Shown: piece by piece, positions 47,224 to 57,027 of the stretch
Layout of the letters: every line of letters begins with the position of its first letter
How positions within the stretch are numbered: the first letter of the stretch is position 1
Origin: Methanomassiliicoccaceae archaeon
GTDB taxonomy: Archaea > Thermoplasmatota > Thermoplasmata > Methanomassiliicoccales > Methanomassiliicoccaceae
Length of the DNA stretch: 64,000 bases
Reading direction: 5' to 3'
Assembly (NCBI GenBank): GCA_040776945.1
Contig: JAXGZN010000001.1
Location: 928,001-992,000 of the forward strand
The notes under the pieces: model-generated
The model's input: only the letters and a program-made list of their open reading frames with translations
Database searches by the model: none
What the model was told of the DNA's origin: nothing
Made by a program: the position numbers and the translations under genes

Positions 47224-47738
47224 TTCGCTCGGACAACAGATTGCTTGCTGGCTATTAATGATATAGGTCGCTCCCTCTGACCATGGGGGCGGAGAAGGGA
47301 CCTTTCGCCTCCCCATCGGCCTGCCATGGGGGTCTGGTGTATCATAGGTCCTTGTTCTCCAGGAGGTCGGCCTTGTCGCGGGAGGAAGCCATCGCCGCCG
47401 GACCGCCCTCTTCCCAGGGGGTCCTATCGCCGGCGGCCCTTGAGGCCGAGAACGGAGTGAACCGCTTTCCAGGCATGGCGCTCGGCCGCTCCATGACAAG
47501 CGATAGGAGCTCACGGTCCATACGCGCCCGCGCGGTCGGCCCGCTTGGCCTGGGGCCAGGTGCGACAGGTCCACTTGCCGATCGGCCGTGGGAAATGGCC
47601 AATGGCATTTCATCGTCGTTCTCGATCGTCGGACGCAGGACGCAATGATAAAGACACATGAGCCCTTGACGCGGACGGAGAGAGCATGTCGAAAGGGAGC
47701 GGCACCTGCATCATGGGACCTGCCGGAGGACATCGGGG

Positions 47739-49295
47739 ATGAAGGGACCATTGATGGGCGGCATCGCCGCCCTGGCGGCAGTGACGCTGGTCGCGCTGTT
47801 CCTCTTCCCCTCGCTACTGCCCGCCGGGCTGTTGGGAAATGACGATGGCAAGGGCGGCGCGTACGGTTCGGACATAGCTAGGCCGCGGAACATCTCTCCT
47901 TCCGCCGAAAGCACCGTGTTCGGCCCCAACGTGACGCTGGTATGGACCACGGTCACGGGAGCCGACAGCTATTCCATCATGATCGCCGTACCAGGCACCA
48001 CGGTCGCGGCGTTGAACCTGACGTCCGCGAACAGCAGCCATGCTCTGAACGGCCTGCTCCCCAACGGAGAGTATTTGTGGTCGGTGCGGGCGATGAGGGA
48101 TAACGTCTACGGGCCGCCCAGCGAGGTCACGGCGTTCTCCATGAGGACCACGCTGGATAGGCCTGTGATGATCTCGCCGTCGGACGGAAGCATTCACATC
48201 AACAGCGTCCCCACCCTGCGCTGGGGCAGCGTGCTTGACGCTCTGGACTATCGTCTGCAGATCGCCCGGGACAACGACTTCGCCGATCTCTTGGCCGATG
48301 TCCGTCTCGAGGGGACCTCATATCGGCCGACCTTCGCCATGGAGGACGATGCGGTGTACAGCTGGCGGGTGTCCGCGCACAATGGGGACGCTTGGAGCCC
48401 ATGGAGCGTTGTACGGCAGTTCAGCCATGATCATTTCCTTGCCGCCCCGGTGCCATTGGCCCCGGCGGCCGGGTCCATCGTGGACGATAGGCAGGTGAAC
48501 CTCACCTGGTCGACGGTGGATGGTGCGGCCGGGTACCGGTTGCAGGTCAGCGCATCCGAGGACTTCGCCATCAAGGTGGCGGACGCCGAGGTGGCCGAGC
48601 CGTGGTACGTGATGCCATCTGAGCTGGATAGCGGTGCGTCGTACTTCTGGAGGGTCCAGGCGGTAAGCTCGGCCACCCGCAGCAGCTGGAGCGGCGCCGT
48701 GACCTTCACCGTGGCCCAGGAGGCCTTCTCCTTCTCGTATTCCTGGCACTATAACGGGAGGCAGCAATGGCTGAACGGCTCAGCGCCCGGGTCTGACTAC
48801 TACAGGCTCAGCGGTCTTCCTCGGACCTACGACTACGCATCGTACGTGACAGACAACGACCCCACGGTCATCGCCGTCGCCACGTATCTGAAGGCGCAGG
48901 CCGATGGGAAGAGATATGATCCAGCCTCCTATATCCTTTCGTTCGTTCAAAGCCTGGAATATACCAGTGATTTCGACACCAAAGGAAAGGTCGAATATCC
49001 CCGCTACCCGGTGGAGACTTTGGTGGACGGCGGAGGCGATTGCGAGGACACCGCAGCTCTTTTCGCATCCCTGGTCCAGTGTCCGGCGGTCGGCATCGAT
49101 GCGGTCCTGCTGATGTATACCAAGGAGAGCGAATCTGGCCACATGGCAGTGGGGATCGAGGGAGACCACTACGGCACCTACTACGTGTACAACGGGAGGA
49201 ACTACTTCTACTGCGAGACCACCGGAGAAGGCTTCAGGATAGGCATGTTCCCACAGGAGTTGCAAGGCCACACGGTCGAGGTCCTGCCTTGCTGA
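47739..49295 (+). CDS. Membrane-anchored protein with three Fn3/Ig-like repeats and a C-terminal transglutaminase-like Cys protease domain
   Basis: TM helix; three repeats (SP..G..L.W..V..A..Y.LQ...Y.WRV.A...WS); EYPRYPVETL, GDCED, GHMAVG, YCETT. Confidence 0.85.
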   Translation: MKGPLMGGIAALAAVTLVALFLFPSLLPAGLLGNDDGKGGAYGSDIARPRNISPSAESTVFGPNVTLVWTTVTGADSYSIMIAVPGTTVAALNLTSANSSHALNGLLPNGEYLWSVRAMRDNVYGPPSEVTAFSMRTTLDRPVMISPSDGSIHINSVPTLRWGSVLDALDYRLQIARDNDFADLLADVRLEGTSYRPTFAMEDDAVYSWRVSAHNGDAWSPWSVVRQFSHDHFLAAPVPLAPAAGSIVDDRQVNLTWSTVDGAAGYRLQVSASEDFAIKVADAEVAEPWYVMPSELDSGASYFWRVQAVSSATRSSWSGAVTFTVAQEAFSFSYSWHYNGRQQWLNGSAPGSDYYRLSGLPRTYDYASYVTDNDPTVIAVATYLKAQADGKRYDPASYILSFVQSLEYTSDFDTKGKVEYPRYPVETLVDGGGDCEDTAALFASLVQCPAVGIDAVLLMYTKESESGHMAVGIEGDHYGTYYVYNGRNYFYCETTGEGFRIGMFPQELQGHTVEVLPC

Positions 49296-49299
49296 ACCA

Positions 49300-49707
49300 T
49301 CATCTGACGGACGAGGCGCACTGCACCAAGTAGGCCATGAACGCGGGCAGGGACTCGATGTCCTTGATCTCCTTCTTGCCCAGAGAGGACATCCGCGCCC
49401 GTATGGAATCGTCATAGCGGACGCCGTTGGCCCTGAGGGCGTTGCGCAACAGCTCCGCCAGCTGGCCTCCCTTGCGGTCCCAGTCAGTTAGCACGATGGC
49501 CTCCTGGCCGTTCCTAGCAAGCTCCTCTGCGACCCCGAAGATCCCTCCAGCGTCCTGCACCTGAACGATCTCCCCGCCGATCCCCAGGCAGGCCAACGCC
49601 TGCCGGTCCTTGCGCCCCTCAACCAGGATAACGGTGCTCTCCGGACGCTCCCTGAGCTGGATCAACAGCTCCTCCAACTCCTCAAGGGTCTCCCGGGGGT
49701 CCCTCAT
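49300..49707 (-). CDS. Small TOPRIM-domain protein
   Basis: ILVEGRKD, IVLTDWDRKG, IKDIE. Confidence 0.88.
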   Translation of the reverse strand: MRDPRETLEELEELLIQLRERPESTVILVEGRKDRQALACLGIGGEIVQVQDAGGIFGVAEELARNGQEAIVLTDWDRKGGQLAELLRNALRANGVRYDDSIRARMSSLGKKEIKDIESLPAFMAYLVQCASSVR

Positions 49708-49997
49708 GCCCCCTCCAGTTTGGACCTGGTCTCTTCAGGCGGCAGTGGTACCAGAACGGTCTTGTGGCGATCGGTATGCCCCCTGAGGATCTCCACCCTA
49801 GCGCCGAACATATCAGTGAGCAGCGTCACCACCGCATCGTTGGCCCGGCCCTCCGTCGGCACTGCGGCAACCTTGATCATCAGGCGTTTCCTCCAGGGAT
49901 CGATCCCGCCCACCTCGTCCTTCCTGGCATTGGGGGTGACCATGATGTCCAGCTCTGTTCCGTTCTTTGACGGCCGTAGGACCTTGGAAGCGTCCAC
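49704..49997 (-). CDS. DUF167/UPF0235 family protein
   Basis: VTPNA, PTEGRAN, ILRGHTDRHKTV. Confidence 0.85.
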   Translation of the reverse strand: MDASKVLRPSKNGTELDIMVTPNARKDEVGGIDPWRKRLMIKVAAVPTEGRANDAVVTLLTDMFGARVEILRGHTDRHKTVLVPLPPEETRSKLEGA

Positions 49998-50193
49998 GGT
50001 ACCGCATGGCGGACGACGGGTCAAAAGGTTTCCGCTGTCACGTCCAGAACGGTCGAACGGGCGTGGCGATGCAAGACAGACCATTGACGACGTTAGGCCT
50101 GGCCGTTCCCGGTCATGCCGAGCAGGCCCGTGCAACAGGAAACCGGACCCGCCCGCATACCCTCAAATATGGTGTAGCGGATGAGCCTGTTCG

Positions 50194-50973
50194 ATGTCGC
50201 CGCCCGTCGAGGAGTTCACCTTTCAGGACCTCACTGAGGTCTACCGGCGTGAGCAGCGCAACAAGACCATATCCGACGTGCGAAAGGACCTCTATCCGGC
50301 GATGCGGGAATGCATGGAAAAGCTGAAGCGAGAGAGCGAGAGGGAGTTCTCGGTCGACCAGTTCTCCGCCAAGGCCAAACTGGCCAGCAATCAGCTGATG
50401 AAGTTCCAGGAAAAGGCGGCCCAGGTGTTCGAGTTCCGCTTCGGTAAGCTCATGGACATGGCCCTTCGAGCGGCCCAGGGGGCCAGGGTGGACACCGGCA
50501 GGCTGACCATAGAGGAGCAGGAGGTCTACGACAAGATCCATTTGCTGCTCAAAGAGTGCCGTTCTGACGTGCTGGAAGGGAATAGGGTAAGACCAGCGGA
50601 GGCCGAGGAGCCGTCCCTGACCCCTATGGCCGCACCGGCGATGGTGGTCGAGGCCATGCGCGAGAACGGGATCGCCACGGCCGCCTGGACGCCCCCCGCG
50701 CCGGCCATCGAAGAGGCCGGGGGCACCATGCCGGAGCCCCCCGCGGTGGACGAGGCACCGCCGGCCACCGAGGCCTCGTCGGTCGAGGTCCAAGAGACCC
50801 AAGGCCCGGCCCCGGAGCACGTGGTTCTGCGCATAATCGAGGATATACCGACCTTCGCCGGTCCAGGGCGCACCTACCGGCTTCAGAAGGAGGACCTGGT
50901 AACGCTTCCGCAGGCCATCGCCAAGGTGCTCATACTCAGGAAGAAGGCCGTAGGTGTCCAGATGCCGCGTTGA
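50194..50973 (+). CDS. GINS complex subunit (Gins51-like, A domain-linker-B domain)
   Basis: YRRE...KDLY helical A domain, R..K...LT.EE..Y, Pro/Ala/Glu linker, LRIIEDIPTFAG...KEDLVTLP..IAKVL. Confidence 0.75.
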   Translation: MSPPVEEFTFQDLTEVYRREQRNKTISDVRKDLYPAMRECMEKLKRESEREFSVDQFSAKAKLASNQLMKFQEKAAQVFEFRFGKLMDMALRAAQGARVDTGRLTIEEQEVYDKIHLLLKECRSDVLEGNRVRPAEAEEPSLTPMAAPAMVVEAMRENGIATAAWTPPAPAIEEAGGTMPEPPAVDEAPPATEASSVEVQETQGPAPEHVVLRIIEDIPTFAGPGRTYRLQKEDLVTLPQAIAKVLILRKKAVGVQMPR

Positions 50974-51759
50974 TCATACGGTCATCGAACGGTGGTCGTC
51001 CGGCACCAGGAGGCAGTCTATGCATCCTTCATCGCAGCCCAGCGTCCTTGCCACCGTCCTGCGGGCCAGCATTGGCGTGTTGTTGTTCTTGCTGATGTGG
51101 GCCAAAAAGATCTTGCGGCCCTCGGCATGTGTGGCCCAAAGAGCTCTCGCGCAGTCGATGTTCGACAGGTGGCCCCGTTCGGAGCGGATCTCGCTCTTAA
51201 GCCTGGGAGGGTACGGGCCGTTGATCAGCATCTGCACGTCGTGGTTCGCTTCGATGATGGCCAGATCCACTTCCTTCAGCGCACTGAACACCTCGGGAGT
51301 GATCTTCCCGAGATCGGTGGCCAGGAGCATCCGCTTTTCCTCGAAGGATATGCGGAAGGCATTAGGCTCCGCAGCATTGTGCAAGATGGGCAACGGGTCC
51401 ACGGTCAAACATCCCAGTTCGAAACGCTCCATCGTGCGGAAGATGATCGAGGAGTGCACTTGGCCAAGGTTCGAACAGGCCAATGTGTTCTCGTTGCAGC
51501 ATACCGGCACCCCGTACCGCCGGGAGAGCACCCCGGCCCCGCTTACGTGATCGGAATGCTCATGGGTGAGAACCATCGCGTCCAGTTCCCGAGGGTCGAG
51601 CCCCACGGCCTCCATCAGCCTGGCTATGCGCCTCCCAGAGATGCCGGCGTCCAGGAGGACCATGGTGTCATCCGCCACCACCACCGAGCAGTTGCCGTCA
51701 CTGCCGCTGGCCAGAACATGTACCTCTAACGAACACAGTCCGCATCCCGGAAGTGTCAA
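50974..51759 (-). CDS. MBL-fold metallohydrolase (YycJ/WalJ-like)
   Basis: LASGSDGN, LDAG, THEHSDH, ATDLG, EANHD, GHLSN, LAHISK; start uncertain. Confidence 0.88.
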   Translation of the reverse strand: MTLPGCGLCSLEVHVLASGSDGNCSVVVADDTMVLLDAGISGRRIARLMEAVGLDPRELDAMVLTHEHSDHVSGAGVLSRRYGVPVCCNENTLACSNLGQVHSSIIFRTMERFELGCLTVDPLPILHNAAEPNAFRISFEEKRMLLATDLGKITPEVFSALKEVDLAIIEANHDVQMLINGPYPPRLKSEIRSERGHLSNIDCARALWATHAEGRKIFLAHISKNNNTPMLARRTVARTLGCDEGCIDCLLVPDDHRSMTV

Positions 51760-51779
51760 TCGCCGGGGAGTAAAAATAA

Positions 51780-52289
51780 CTAGCGACCAGGGGGCGGGCA
51801 GTAAGGCGAACGACCCTCGCTCACCTTTCGGCAAAGGGCGATGAGGACGTCTTGTCGGGTAATGATCCCCACGAGCTTCCCGCCCTTATGCACTGGCAGG
51901 CGATTAACTCCCATTCGGACCATGGTCTCCATGGCCTTTTCCACGCTCTCGTCGGCGTCTATGGAGACGATCTCGGTGCTCATGACGTCCCCAACCTTGG
52001 CCTCCCCAACTCCCTTGTACCTCTTGCATAGCATCTCGTCCCTGACCAGCCGGTCATAGGGTAGCGAGGCGACCGAGACCTGTCCAATGTCCAACCCCAT
52101 GCCCTCTTTGCTGACGGCGAACTCAAGCACGTCCGATTCGCTCAGGATGCCTACCAGATTATCATCGCTGTCCACCACCGGCGCCCCGGAGACCTTTTTC
52201 AGGGACATGAGAGCGGTCGCCTCGCACAGGGTGGCATCCTTGCTGATCTTGATCACCGCAGGGGTCATGACCTCGATCACCCGGGTCAT
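51780..52289 (-). CDS. CBS-pair domain protein
   Basis: SGAPVVD..LVGILSESD, VNRLPV..LVGIITRQD. Confidence 0.88.
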   Translation of the reverse strand: MTRVIEVMTPAVIKISKDATLCEATALMSLKKVSGAPVVDSDDNLVGILSESDVLEFAVSKEGMGLDIGQVSVASLPYDRLVRDEMLCKRYKGVGEAKVGDVMSTEIVSIDADESVEKAMETMVRMGVNRLPVHKGGKLVGIITRQDVLIALCRKVSEGRSPYCPPPGR

Positions 52290-52416
52290 GCGGACACCTC
52301 TGCGACGGCCTTGAAGGAGAAAGACCAAGATGCCAACGGTGCTGTTTCTGTAGAATGGACGGGCCCGGCGTTAGAAAAGCTTATGTACAACGACCATATT
52401 TCTCGCCACACACGGG

Positions 52417-52490
52417 GGGCCCGTAGCTCAGCTAGGTAGAGCAATCGGCTCTTAACCGATGGGCCGAGGGTTCGAATCCCTCCGGGCCCG
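52417..52490 (+). tRNA. tRNA-Lys(CTT), no intron, CCA not encoded
   Basis: Acceptor GGGCCCG/CGGGCCC, D arm GCTC/GAGC, anticodon stem ATCGG/CCGAT with loop CTCTTAA, T arm GAGGG TTCGAAT CCCTC; BRE/TATA-like GAAAAGCTTATGTA upstream. Confidence 0.97.
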
Positions 52491-52580
52491 CCTCCCATCT
52501 CTTCGATCATCATCCTAGACCGGTTATCACTGGCACTATATATTTTTCCCTAGGCGAAAAAGAACTTCTGCACGAGAAAA

Positions 52581-52862
52581 TCACCATTTGGGCCCAAAAC
52601 GCCTCATGGCCTTCCTAACTCCGTCCGCGCCTTCCAGCCATCGGCTCCGGTCCGCCTCCAGACTGGCGCAGAGGGCATGGTCCCGACCGGTCAAGGAACT
52701 GAGAACGGGTGAGACCAGATTTTGGCAGGCCATTGCCGGGAAGGAACGCCGAGCAGCTTCGACATCTCGTTCACCATCGCCTTTCAGGTAACGATCCACT
52801 ATCGCGGCCAAGACATCCTCGGCGCGGCCTTTGAAGCTCCTACCGGACACAACCTTCTGCAC
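52581..52862 (-). CDS. Small hypothetical protein or gene fragment
   Basis: 93-aa ORF filling the tRNA-GTPase gap; GTG start; no recognised motif. Confidence 0.35.
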   Translation of the reverse strand: MQKVVSGRSFKGRAEDVLAAIVDRYLKGDGERDVEAARRSFPAMACQNLVSPVLSSLTGRDHALCASLEADRSRWLEGADGVRKAMRRFGPKW

Positions 52863-52926
52863 ATGAGCATCTTAGCAACCTTTATCCTCGCTACATCATC
52901 TCTGATTGGAGCGGACAGGGAACGAA

Positions 52927-53703
52927 ATGCGCTACATATACTTCATTGGGACCGCCGGCAGCGGCAAAAGCTCACTCGTCCAGGCCTTCCAGGAATGGCT
53001 GGACAGCAACGGCATCAACAGCATCGTGGTCAACCTAGATCCGGGAGCGGACTTCATTCCCTATCAGGCGGACGTGGACATTCGCGACTGGGTCCATTTG
53101 GACGAGATCATGAGGGACTACTCGCTCGGGCCGAACGGCGCACAGATAGTCGCCTCGGACCTCATGGCGGTCAACGCCGGGGAGTGGGTGCCAGCGGTCA
53201 AGAGGATGGAGACCGACTACTGTCTCATCGACACTCCTGGTCAGATGGAGCTGTTCACCTTCCGCCAATCATCCACTGCGCTCATCGAAGAGCTTGGGCC
53301 GGACGACTCGTTCCTAGTGTTCCTATCCGATCCGACGCTCGCCAAGACCCCCAACGGGTTCGTTTCCGACCTTATGCTGTGCGGGATCACCCAGTTCCGA
53401 TTCTCGCTCCCCATCCTGAACGTTCTGAGCAAGTCCGATCTGCTGAAAGAGGAAGAGATGGAGGACATACTCGGCTGGTCCAGGGACTCCTACTCTCTGT
53501 ACAACGCCCTCACTGGCCCGGACATGAGCTCTCAGGCGGTCATCAGCATCGAGTACCTGAAGGCCATGGAGAGCGTGGGGATGTACCGTGAGCTGACGCC
53601 GGTATCGGCCATGGAGGGCACCGGCATGGAGGACATCTACAATGCCGTTCAGCAGTACTTCGAGGGCGGCGAGGACGCCGGGTCGAGGCCTTCGCTAGAG
53701 TAG
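52927..53703 (+). CDS. GPN-loop GTPase
   Basis: GTAGSGKS, NLDPG, LGPNGA, DTPGQMELF, SKSDLL, VSA. Confidence 0.93.
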   Translation: MRYIYFIGTAGSGKSSLVQAFQEWLDSNGINSIVVNLDPGADFIPYQADVDIRDWVHLDEIMRDYSLGPNGAQIVASDLMAVNAGEWVPAVKRMETDYCLIDTPGQMELFTFRQSSTALIEELGPDDSFLVFLSDPTLAKTPNGFVSDLMLCGITQFRFSLPILNVLSKSDLLKEEEMEDILGWSRDSYSLYNALTGPDMSSQAVISIEYLKAMESVGMYRELTPVSAMEGTGMEDIYNAVQQYFEGGEDAGSRPSLE

Positions 53704-54030
53704 GGCCTCGGTGTCCACAGTATAGTCCTTCTGCCGGCAGCTCTCGAGCTGGAAGGTGGCCTTTAGCCTGCCGTTCTCCATGAACACGAACGCGTCGAAG
53801 AGCATGGATTGGTAGAGAGGCATCTGCCTGCCGTCTATGGCATAGGCAATGGAGACCTTCTTGATCAGTCCTTTCTTCTCGAGGACCTTGAGACGGGAGA
53901 ACAGCTTGGCGACCGGGATGCCCGTGACCTTGCCGATGTCTAGAGCGGTCCGGGGACGATAAAGCGCGGCCATAAGGATCTTGGTCGAACGCTCGTCCAC
54001 AAAGATCTTTTGAGCCATCAAGTAGTTCAT
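53695..54030 (-). CDS. Winged helix-turn-helix protein (ArsR-like)
   Basis: KILMA..RPRTALDI...TGIPVAKLFSRLKVLEKKGLI, wing DGR...YQS. Confidence 0.78.
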   Translation of the reverse strand: MNYLMAQKIFVDERSTKILMAALYRPRTALDIGKVTGIPVAKLFSRLKVLEKKGLIKKVSIAYAIDGRQMPLYQSMLFDAFVFMENGRLKATFQLESCRQKDYTVDTEALL

Positions 54031-54146
54031 CTGAAATTCGCACCCATCGAAGGTTATATAACACGTTAGTCATGAATTTCAAAGATTGATTATTGCGTGC
54101 TAGAACGGTGGAAATGAAAAGAGAGGAAAGAGGTTGTGAAATGGTT

Positions 54147-55355
54147 TCAGGCGAACATGGCGCCGGTCTCGACGATCTTCGTCGCCTCATTGTCCAGCAC
54201 CTTGATGATCGCCCGCTCGAAGTCGGCCATGCTGACATGGTCACGGTTGTCCCGAATGGCGAACATACCGGCCTCGGTGCAGATGGCCTTTATGTCCGCG
54301 CCGGTGGCCCCCTCGGCCTTCATGGCAAGGTCGGTCAAGGCGATGCCGTCGTCGATGGCCATCCTCTTAGTATGGATCTTGAAGATCTCCAGCCTGCCCT
54401 CATAGCCAGGGATGGGGACCTCGATTATCCGGTCGAAACGACCGGGGCGCAGGAGCGCCTCATCCAGTATATCCGGGCGGTTAGTTGCGCCGATGATCTT
54501 GACCTCCCCGATGGGGTTGAAGCCATCAAGCTCTGACAGGAGCTGCATGAGGGTCCTCTGGACCTCGCGGTCCCCTGAGGTGGCGACCTCCAGACGCTTC
54601 GCCCCTATGGAGTCAAGCTCGTCTATGAACACTATGCTGGGCGCCTTCTCCTTGGCCAGCTCGAACAGCTCACGGACCAACCGGGCACCCTCGCCTATGT
54701 ACTTCTGCACCAGTTCCGAGCCGACGAACCTGATGAAGGTAGCGTTGGTCTGGTGGGCGACGGCCTTTGCCAGAAGCGTCTTGCCGGTCCCGGGTGGGCC
54801 GACCAGAAGAACGCCCTTGGGCGGCTCGATGCCGACCTTCTTATAAAGCTCCGGGCGCAGCAGAGGATCCTCAACGGCCTCCCGGACCTCCAGGATCTGC
54901 TCCTCCAGCCCTCCGATCTGCTCATAGGATATCTCAGGCTTGTCGATGATCTCCGCACCGACAACGATCGGATCGAGCGATGGGGGCAGCACGCCCATTA
55001 CTGCGAGGGTCTGCTTGTTGAGAGCAACCCTCGCCCCGACCAGGAGATCCTCCATGGGGACATATTCAGAGGTGGATACGATGAAATCGGGACCAGTGGA
55101 GCTTTTCACGATGACCCTCCCGTCCGCAAGGACGTCCTTAATGGAGCCGATGATCAGAGGCGGGGACTTTAGCCGCTCCATCTCCGCCCGCATTCTCTTT
55201 AGCTCCTTTTGAAGGCGGAAGAGCTCGCTCTCGACATAGCGCTTTTCCCCTTCGACCCTGCGAATCTCCTCCAAGAGCTCGCCGTTGCGCCTTTCCAGGA
55301 CCTCGATCTTATCCCGCATCTCGGCCATTAGCTCTTCCAGCTGGGGTTCCTTCAT
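54147..55355 (-). CDS. pan: Proteasome-activating nucleotidase
   Basis: N-terminal coiled coil, SPPL OB domain, [28 protein letters not shown]. Confidence 0.96.
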   Translation of the reverse strand: MKEPQLEELMAEMRDKIEVLERRNGELLEEIRRVEGEKRYVESELFRLQKELKRMRAEMERLKSPPLIIGSIKDVLADGRVIVKSSTGPDFIVSTSEYVPMEDLLVGARVALNKQTLAVMGVLPPSLDPIVVGAEIIDKPEISYEQIGGLEEQILEVREAVEDPLLRPELYKKVGIEPPKGVLLVGPPGTGKTLLAKAVAHQTNATFIRFVGSELVQKYIGEGARLVRELFELAKEKAPSIVFIDELDSIGAKRLEVATSGDREVQRTLMQLLSELDGFNPIGEVKIIGATNRPDILDEALLRPGRFDRIIEVPIPGYEGRLEIFKIHTKRMAIDDGIALTDLAMKAEGATGADIKAICTEAGMFAIRDNRDHVSMADFERAIIKVLDNEATKIVETGAMFA

Positions 55356-55683
55356 CTTTCCACCTCGGCATCGCTTACATTAAGTGCTGAGCTATATGAC
55401 TGTTTCGCCTGCCACATGAGGTGGCCAGACGAGCTGGTGCAATCCCGCTCTCACCAGACAGGTAGCGCCATCCCTGCCGCCCGAGGTAATATAGTAACCC
55501 TCCTGATTTATATTATTATTCTTTGTTTTCCAGTATCTAACTAGATAATCGGGCTACACGGGCCACAGGTCCCTCAGGCCGCATGGATTTTCACGATCAG
55601 GCTTTCGAGATACCTTTCCTGTTCGACCTTGCTCCCCATCAAAAGAGGTAAATCGGTGTTCACAGATAGTGAACCGAACTGCG

Positions 55684-56187
55684 ATGTTATGCGAGATGTG
55701 CGGTAAGCAATCAGATATCATCAAGACGATCTCGGTTGAGGGGACCACCCTCAAGGTGTGCAAGGAATGCTCCCGGTTCGGGGAGAGCAGCGAAGGCAAG
55801 GGCGGGGCAAAGAAGGGGACCGTAGCCGCTCCGTCCAGAACTGTGGTGGCCGAGAGGCTGGAGGCCCGTGAGCGGAGGATGAGGACACGCTCAATCTATG
55901 CAGACGAGGACACGACCGACCTGGTTCCTGAGTACCCCCGGCTCATTCGAGAGGCGCGGATGGCCAGAGATTGGAAGCAAGAGGACCTGGCGGCGAAGCT
56001 GAACGAAAGGGCCAGCGTCATCGCCAAGTTGGAGAACGGTTCCATACGTCCGGACGATACCTTGCTCAAGAAGCTCGAGCACGAGCTTGGGATCAAGTTG
56101 ACGGAGAAAGTGTCTGTGGTAAAGCCAGAAGGCGGAAGGTCCCAGGGTAAAGCGCTTACCCTTGGAGATATGATCAAGAAGAAGTGA
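55684..56187 (+). CDS. mbf1: Archaeal multiprotein-bridging factor aMBF1
   Basis: CEMCG...VCKEC Zn ribbon, HTH (IREAR..WKQEDLA..IAKLE), TLGD; adjacent to pan. Confidence 0.92.
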   Translation: MLCEMCGKQSDIIKTISVEGTTLKVCKECSRFGESSEGKGGAKKGTVAAPSRTVVAERLEARERRMRTRSIYADEDTTDLVPEYPRLIREARMARDWKQEDLAAKLNERASVIAKLENGSIRPDDTLLKKLEHELGIKLTEKVSVVKPEGGRSQGKALTLGDMIKKK

Positions 56188-56190
56188 GCC

Positions 56191-56658
56191 TCAGCGGGAC
56201 AGGATCTCCTGACGGACCGTCTCCAGGTATGGTCCGACATCGATCCCCACGTCCCTGGCCACAAGCACCGCGGCGACCTCAACATCAACCCCCAGGCGTT
56301 CCTGGGTCCGATTGACCCGGGCCACCGCGTCCCTTTTCTTCAGCTTCCCTTTCTCGGAGATCAACTGGATGAGCTGGGCGAACAATGACATCTCCTCCCC
56401 GGCCCCGGTAAGCACATCCTTGCTCGGCCGAAAGGAGAGGGGCGCATCCACATCCTTGACATCGAAGCTCGGCCTGAGATATTCCTCGGTCCGTTGGAGG
56501 AGCCCTCTCTTCACGGACACATCGAGCAACGCCTGCGCCTCCTTGGGAGTGAACCAGCGGTAATCGAAAGAAACGGTCAGTATGAACTCCGTCTCCGTCA
56601 TAACGCTCTTGCCCTTCCGTTTGAAGAGCACTCCCAGGCAGGTCTCCAGCTCTCCCAT
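56191..56658 (-). CDS. DUF2240 family protein
   Basis: FKRKGK, EF..VSFDYRWFTP.EA, PSFD, P.SFRP, EVAAVLVA..G. Confidence 0.75.
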   Translation of the reverse strand: MGELETCLGVLFKRKGKSVMTETEFILTVSFDYRWFTPKEAQALLDVSVKRGLLQRTEEYLRPSFDVKDVDAPLSFRPSKDVLTGAGEEMSLFAQLIQLISEKGKLKKRDAVARVNRTQERLGVDVEVAAVLVARDVGIDVGPYLETVRQEILSR

Positions 56659-56904
56659 ATTATTGCCTATATGCGTCAGCCGGTCCAAGAACCTCACGGT
56701 CTATTTCTGGTTTTTCCTGCCTTCCCGCGCGCAGGTCTCCTCCGAGCCCACGGCCGGCCAAGGGCCTAGAGGCGCTGTTCGCCAAAGGGAAGGCAAAATG
56801 GAGAAGGCCATTCGGTACGCCAGACCGCTCCGGAATCGCGCTTCGGGGCGCGTAGGGCATGCAGGTCAAGCGACACAAGACCATCCAGGGCAGCCTCTTT
56901 TTCG

Positions 56905-56962
56905 TTCCATGGAATGGCCCAAAGAACTTTCGAAACACGGCATTTTTATATAGAAGAACAAA
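56905..56962 (+). promoter_or_regulatory. Thermosome promoter with candidate heat-shock elements
   Basis: TTTTTATATA at 56943-56952, CGAA upstream (inside palindrome TTTCGAAA), CAAA downstream; palindrome TTCCATGGAA at 56905-56914. Confidence 0.55.
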
Positions 56963-57027
56963 CATTCAACGCAGGCTTAGCTAGAACATAGCTTCGTGAG
57001 TATGAAAGATCATTGGAGGTAAAAATC

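Noticed and set aside
47224-47751. Glycine riboswitch or a 176-aa N-terminal extension of gcvPA
   Set aside because: A TATA-like box lies about 45 nt upstream of the ATG at 47223; there is no aptamer consensus and the extension is not protein-like.
55405-55463. Hammerhead-like three-way junction between pan and mbf1
   Set aside because: Stems are present, but the core reads CAGACGA/GACA instead of CUGANGA/GAAA and there is no NUH site.
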